Positions 56,306 to 64,000 of a stretch of 64,000 bases of DNA are shown one piece after another. The stretch is from an uncultured delta proteobacterium. GTDB lineage: Bacteria; Myxococcota; UBA727; VGSZ01. A program made the translations under genes and the position numbers. The notes beneath the pieces are model-generated. The model had not been told where the DNA came from, searched no databases, and worked only from the letters and a program-made list of their open reading frames with translations. The stretch covers positions 544,001-608,000 of the forward strand of contig CAVZJB010000004.1 in the NCBI GenBank assembly GCA_963775425.1, given 5' to 3'. Every line of letters begins with the position of its first letter. Position 1 is the first letter of the stretch.

Positions 56306-56416
56306 GTGGGCGGTGACGAGTGGGGCGGGTGACGGGTGGGGCGGGTGACGGGTGGGGCGGGTGACGCGCGGCGTCGCCATCGTCGCCGAGGGGGATCCAT
56401 CGTCGCCGAGGGGGAT
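56306..56416. repeat. Two adjacent intergenic tandem repeats (16 bp x about 4; 20 bp x2)
   Basis: GTGGGGCGGGTGACGG repeats at 56306-56366; CCATCGTCGCCGAGGGGGAT x2 at 56377-56416. Confidence 0.8.
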
Positions 56417-56448
56417 GACGCCGCGCACAGGCGTGGCAAGCTGGCGCC

Positions 56449-58521
56449 ATGCCCTTCGCCCCCCTCTCGCGCGCCGCCGTCGTCGTCGCCGGGCTCGCCG
56501 CCGCCGCAGCCGGCTGCGCGCCCGATCCCCTCGACATCCCCGCGGGCTGCTCGCCGCTGCTGTCGGACGTCGACTGCGGCGTGCCGTACCCCTCGGACTT
56601 CTACCTCGTCGACGACCCGAGCACGCCCACGGGCAAGCGCATCCACTTCGAGGACGCGGCCAAGCTCATCACCGAGCACGGCCTCTCCGCCGACGTCACC
56701 GACACCACCGCCACCGACGGCTTCTCTCCCGTCACGCCCATCGTCTTCGCCTTCGGCACCGCCGTCGACCAGGCGAGCATGCCCGCGCTGTTCGACGACG
56801 CCACCGCCACCACCACAAAGGGCTTTCACACCGCGCTCATCGACGCCGCCACCGGCGAGCGCATCCCCCACTTCATCGACGTCGACCCCTACGCCGCAGA
56901 CGGCAAGCGCCAGGCGCTCATCATGCACGTCCTCGTGCGGCTCAAGGAAAAGACCCGCTACGTCGTCGCCGTCAGCGGCCTGAAGGGAGAGAGCGGCAAG
57001 GAGGTCGCGCCGCCCGAGGCCTTCCGGCGCATGCGCGACAACAACGTCGGCGACGATCCGGTCCTCAAGCCGCTCCTCGCCCGCTACGAGACCGACATCT
57101 TCCCCGTCCTCGACAAGGACGGCCTCGACCGCGGCGCGCTGCAGCTCGCGTGGGACTTCACCACCGGCAGCGACGAGCTCGCCATGCGCGACATGCTCGG
57201 CGGCCGCGCCCTCGCGCTCGCCGCGCTGGACGCCGCCCCGCCGGTCATCACCGTCGACTCCGTGTTCGAGGGCGACGCCGTCGCCAGCATCGTCGGCAAC
57301 GACCACCCCGAGCTCACCTGGCGCATCATCCGCGGAACCGTCACCGCGCCGCGCATCGTCGAGACCAACGAACCCGGCACGCTCCTCCACAGGGACGCCG
57401 ACGGCAACGTCGCGCTCAACGGCACCACGACCTTCCCCTTCACCGCCATCGTGCCCGCCAGCGTGCGCGACGGCTTCGACGGGGGCGCGCCGATGATGTT
57501 CGGCCACGGCTTCTTCGGCGACCAGGGCGAGCTCGAGGGCATCGCCGCGCGCAGCATCCTCGATCACGCCGGCGTCGTCGGCTTCGCCGTCGATTGGCAG
57601 GGGATGAGCGTCGACGACATCGGCCACGTCGTCGAGCAGATCGGCGGCGACGTCAGCGGCGCCATCGACTTCGGCGATCGCGTGATGCAGGCCATGGTGA
57701 ACTGGATGACCGTCACCCGCGCGGTGAAGCTCGGCCTCTTCACAGAAGACCCGGCGTTTCAACGCCCCACCGACCCTGCGCTGCCCGGCGTCGTCGTCGA
57801 CCCGAACGACGCGTCGCAGGACAACGCCGGCCAGCCCGTGGTCGACCTCGGAAAGCCCATGGGTTACCTCGGCATCAGCCTCGGCCACGTCCTCGGCGGC
57901 ACGCTCTCCGCCCTCGATCCCGACATCGAGCGCAACATGCTGATGGTCGGCGGCGCGGCCTTCTCCACCATGATGTACCGCGCGCGCCCCTTCGATCGCT
58001 TTCGCGCCCTCCTGGCGTTCACCGTGCCCGACGCGCTCGACCAGCAGAAGCTGGCGGCGCAGATGCAGAGCCCGTTCGATCGCTTCGACCCGGCGACGTT
58101 CGCACCGTACGTGGTGGGGAAGGACCTCCCCGTCGGCCCCACCAACCACTTCGAGCGGCGCCACGTGCTCGAGATGTTCGGCATCGGCGATCCGCAGGTG
58201 CCGAACGTCGCCAGCGAGCTGCACGCGCGCATCATGGGCATCCCGCTGATGGCGCCCGCCGCGGGCCGCCCGACGTTCGGGCTCGAGAGCGCCGACTATC
58301 CCCGCGACGGCTCCGGCGTCGTCATCTACGACCTCGGCGTCGACGACAGCTTCTACGCGCAGGCCGAGTCGGGCGACGCCAACATCGTGCACGAAGGCGT
58401 GCGGCGCGTGCCTCAGGCCCTCGACATGATGAAGGAGTTCCTCGCGAACGGCGACATCGTCGACGCCTGCGGTGGCGCGTGCGTCGTGGACCCGAGCGCG
58501 CTCGACATCCCCGGGAGCTGA
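56449..58521 (+). CDS. Secreted lipoprotein alpha/beta hydrolase (lipase-like) with N-terminal Ig-like region
   Basis: AAGC lipobox; PYPSDFY, DGFSP, FGHGFFG, YLGISLG (GxSxG), GIGDPQVPN, IVHEGVR. Confidence 0.8.
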   Translation: MPFAPLSRAAVVVAGLAAAAAGCAPDPLDIPAGCSPLLSDVDCGVPYPSDFYLVDDPSTPTGKRIHFEDAAKLITEHGLSADVTDTTATDGFSPVTPIVFAFGTAVDQASMPALFDDATATTTKGFHTALIDAATGERIPHFIDVDPYAADGKRQALIMHVLVRLKEKTRYVVAVSGLKGESGKEVAPPEAFRRMRDNNVGDDPVLKPLLARYETDIFPVLDKDGLDRGALQLAWDFTTGSDELAMRDMLGGRALALAALDAAPPVITVDSVFEGDAVASIVGNDHPELTWRIIRGTVTAPRIVETNEPGTLLHRDADGNVALNGTTTFPFTAIVPASVRDGFDGGAPMMFGHGFFGDQGELEGIAARSILDHAGVVGFAVDWQGMSVDDIGHVVEQIGGDVSGAIDFGDRVMQAMVNWMTVTRAVKLGLFTEDPAFQRPTDPALPGVVVDPNDASQDNAGQPVVDLGKPMGYLGISLGHVLGGTLSALDPDIERNMLMVGGAAFSTMMYRARPFDRFRALLAFTVPDALDQQKLAAQMQSPFDRFDPATFAPYVVGKDLPVGPTNHFERRHVLEMFGIGDPQVPNVASELHARIMGIPLMAPAAGRPTFGLESADYPRDGSGVVIYDLGVDDSFYAQAESGDANIVHEGVRRVPQALDMMKEFLANGDIVDACGGACVVDPSALDIPGS

Positions 58522-58545
58522 CTCAAAGACCGGAGGGGGCAACGG

Positions 58546-62268
<3,723 letters not shown>

Positions 62269-62270
62269 CG

Positions 62271-64000
62271 CTATCTCGCCTTCTTCCCGGTGTGCAGCTC
62301 GGACGAGAGCGCGTCGATGGCGCCCGCGATCTCCCCGCTGTCCGCGCGGCGCTTGAGGAGCGCGAGATCCTCCTCCGCGTGCTGCGTGTCGCCTTCGGCG
62401 AGCGCCCGCCGCGCCCGCTCGAGATAGGCGTCGCGCGCGCCCGGCGCGCCCGGCTCGAGCGCGATCGCTTGCGAAAAGAGCGCCACGGCCTCGGTGTCGT
62501 CCTTCTCGGTCTTCCCCTGGGCGAGCAGCGCCGCCTGGCGCGCCCGGGTGGCGCCGGCCCCCAACGGCGCACCCGGTGACGACGCGCCCGGCGACGACGC
62601 GCCCGGTGACGACGACGCGCCCGGTGACGATGACGCGCCCGGCGACGACGACGCGCCCGGCGACGACGACGCGCCCGGTGACGCGCCCGGTGACGATGGG
62701 GCGCCCGGCATCGGCGCGCGGGTCACGCCGGTCTCGGGCGTCGCGGAGCTGTACAGGGCGACCACGATCGCGATGATGACCACACCCAGGGCCGCTGCCA
62801 GAAGCCATTTTCGCGCGAGCAGCGCGGCGACGAGCTCTCCCGGGCGATCGTCCGTGCGGTGCGGCAGCTCGGGCAGCCCCAGCGGGGGCAGCGCGGCGTC
62901 GTCCGGGCGCGCCGTCGGCCGCGAGCCCTCGCTGGACAGGCGGGTCACCTGGAGGCCGCGACGCCCGGCGGGGCCGGCGGGAAACGCCTCCACGGGGCTC
63001 GGCGCGGGCGGGGGCGGTGCCGGCCGGGGGACCGGATCGCGCCCGATCCGCTCCTCCGGCGGCCGCTGCGGCGCGCGCTCGGCGAGGTCCTGCGGCGGCA
63101 GCGCGAACGTCGCCCACGCCGCCGCCGCCCCGGACGCCGGCGTCGGCGGCGACTGCGTCGTCACCGGCGCCTGCCGCCCCGTGGCGCCCGGCACAGGCGT
63201 CGGCGGCGCGACGGGGATGACGTCGGCGCGCGCGGCGGGCCGCTTGCGGGTGGCGTCGTTTGGATCGACGGCGGGGAACGTCGCCTCCGAGGCGAGGAGC
63301 TCCTCGAGGGGCATCGACACCGGTCCGGCGTCGACCGCCCGCGAGGGCGTCGGCGGCGTCACGGACGCCACGGACGCCACGGCGACGCCGCCCGGCTTGG
63401 ACGCCGGCCTGGGGGCCCGGACCGTCGGGATCTCGCCGAGGGTGGAGCCGTCGGAGGCGCTCGCGGCCTGCGCGGTGAGCACCTCGACGGCGCGGGTGGG
63501 ATCGTCGAAGCCCACGTCGGCGTCGAGCGGCGGGAGGAGGTCGCCGCCGGGCACCTCGGTGGGTGGCGACGCCTCGCCCGTGCTCAGCGCGATGGTGGCG
63601 TCGTCGAGATCGCTGGGCTCCGGCGCCGGGACAGAGGCGTCGAAGAGGAGCTCCTCATCGTCATCGTCATCGTCGTCGGCGGCCTCGGCGTCCTCGACGG
63701 CTTCGAGCGCCGCGCGGCGCAATGCCTCACCCGGGTGGTGGGCGGTGACCGTGGTCGGGGGCGGGCTCGCGAAGTCCAGCGCCTCGATGGCCCGGGTGGA
63801 CTCGGCGCCGAACGGATCCTCCTCGGGCAGGAGCTGCATCGCGCGATCGAGCTGCGGGCCCAGCGCGAGGTAGGGCTGGTGCGGCGGCAGCCCGAGCGCG
63901 TCCGCCTGCGCCGCCATCTCGGGATCGGCGTAGGCGATGCAAAGCCTGCCGCCCTGCGAGGCAACCGGCGCGCAGCCGAGCTGGCGGCAGAGGTCCCCGT
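62271..64000 (-). CDS. GSPII_N-like domain / Pro-rich linker / TM / TPR-like protein (kinase-less paralog of the neighbouring kinase); 5' end outside the window
   Basis: GDLCRQLGCAPVASQGGRLCIAYADPE..HQPYLAL; TM WLLAAALGVVIIAIVVAL; GASSSP repeats; PGARDAYLERAR..LKRR. Confidence 0.8.
   Translation of the reverse strand, partial: GDLCRQLGCAPVASQGGRLCIAYADPEMAAQADALGLPPHQPYLALGPQLDRAMQLLPEEDPFGAESTRAIEALDFASPPPTTVTAHHPGEALRRAALEAVEDAEAADDDDDDDEELLFDASVPAPEPSDLDDATIALSTGEASPPTEVPGGDLLPPLDADVGFDDPTRAVEVLTAQAASASDGSTLGEIPTVRAPRPASKPGGVAVASVASVTPPTPSRAVDAGPVSMPLEELLASEATFPAVDPNDATRKRPAARADVIPVAPPTPVPGATGRQAPVTTQSPPTPASGAAAAWATFALPPQDLAERAPQRPPEERIGRDPVPRPAPPPPAPSPVEAFPAGPAGRRGLQVTRLSSEGSRPTARPDDAALPPLGLPELPHRTDDRPGELVAALLARKWLLAAALGVVIIAIVVALYSSATPETGVTRAPMPGAPSSPGASPGASSSPGASSSPGASSSPGASSSPGASSPGASSPGAPLGAGATRARQAALLAQGKTEKDDTEAVALFSQAIALEPGAPGARDAYLERARRALAEGDTQHAEEDLALLKRRADSGEIAGAIDALSSELHTGKKAR
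62568..62700. repeat. 15/18-bp tandem repeat (GASSP/GASSSP)
   Basis: GCGCCCGG(T/C)GACGAC(GAC) repeated about 8 times. Confidence 0.8.

Noticed and set aside
55203-58521. WYL-regulated anti-phage defence island
   Set aside because: Neighbours are exported lipoproteins; no nuclease, ATPase, BREX, CBASS or RM genes seen

Overview
High-GC bacterial DNA with Myxococcota-like gene content (Ser/Thr kinases, PEGA proteins, many lipoproteins). No rRNA, tRNA or CRISPR array is visible. The left end carries the start of an alternative complex III operon (actA, and a partial actB missed by the ORF track), preceded by an SCO protein and heme o synthase. The centrepiece (19.2-30.5 kb, minus strand) is a predicted copper/heme envelope system. 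It comprises MbnP, an MbnH-type di-heme enzyme with a fused third heme domain, a stand-alone copy of that heme domain, a His-rich YncE-like propeller, a TsdA-like diheme cytochrome, two copies of a YtkA/FixH-like lipoprotein pair and a Cys-Cys beta-barrel. It is wrapped around a RegB/RegA-type two-component system, and no methanobactin biosynthesis genes lie in the window. RegA-type boxes (GCGRC-N5-GCCGC) sit before regB, before the second lipoprotein pair and before the ACIII operon, suggesting one regulon. Other signals: three genes carry a +1 frameshift at the same CAGATC->CAGAATC motif (probable DNA-modification footprint in the consensus); a ~600 bp palindromic minisatellite; an IS1182 remnant; TetR and MarR operators; many apparently leaderless genes; an orphan WYL regulator; and a kinase / kinase-less paralog pair at the right end. 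All family assignments come from motif recognition by eye, not database searches.
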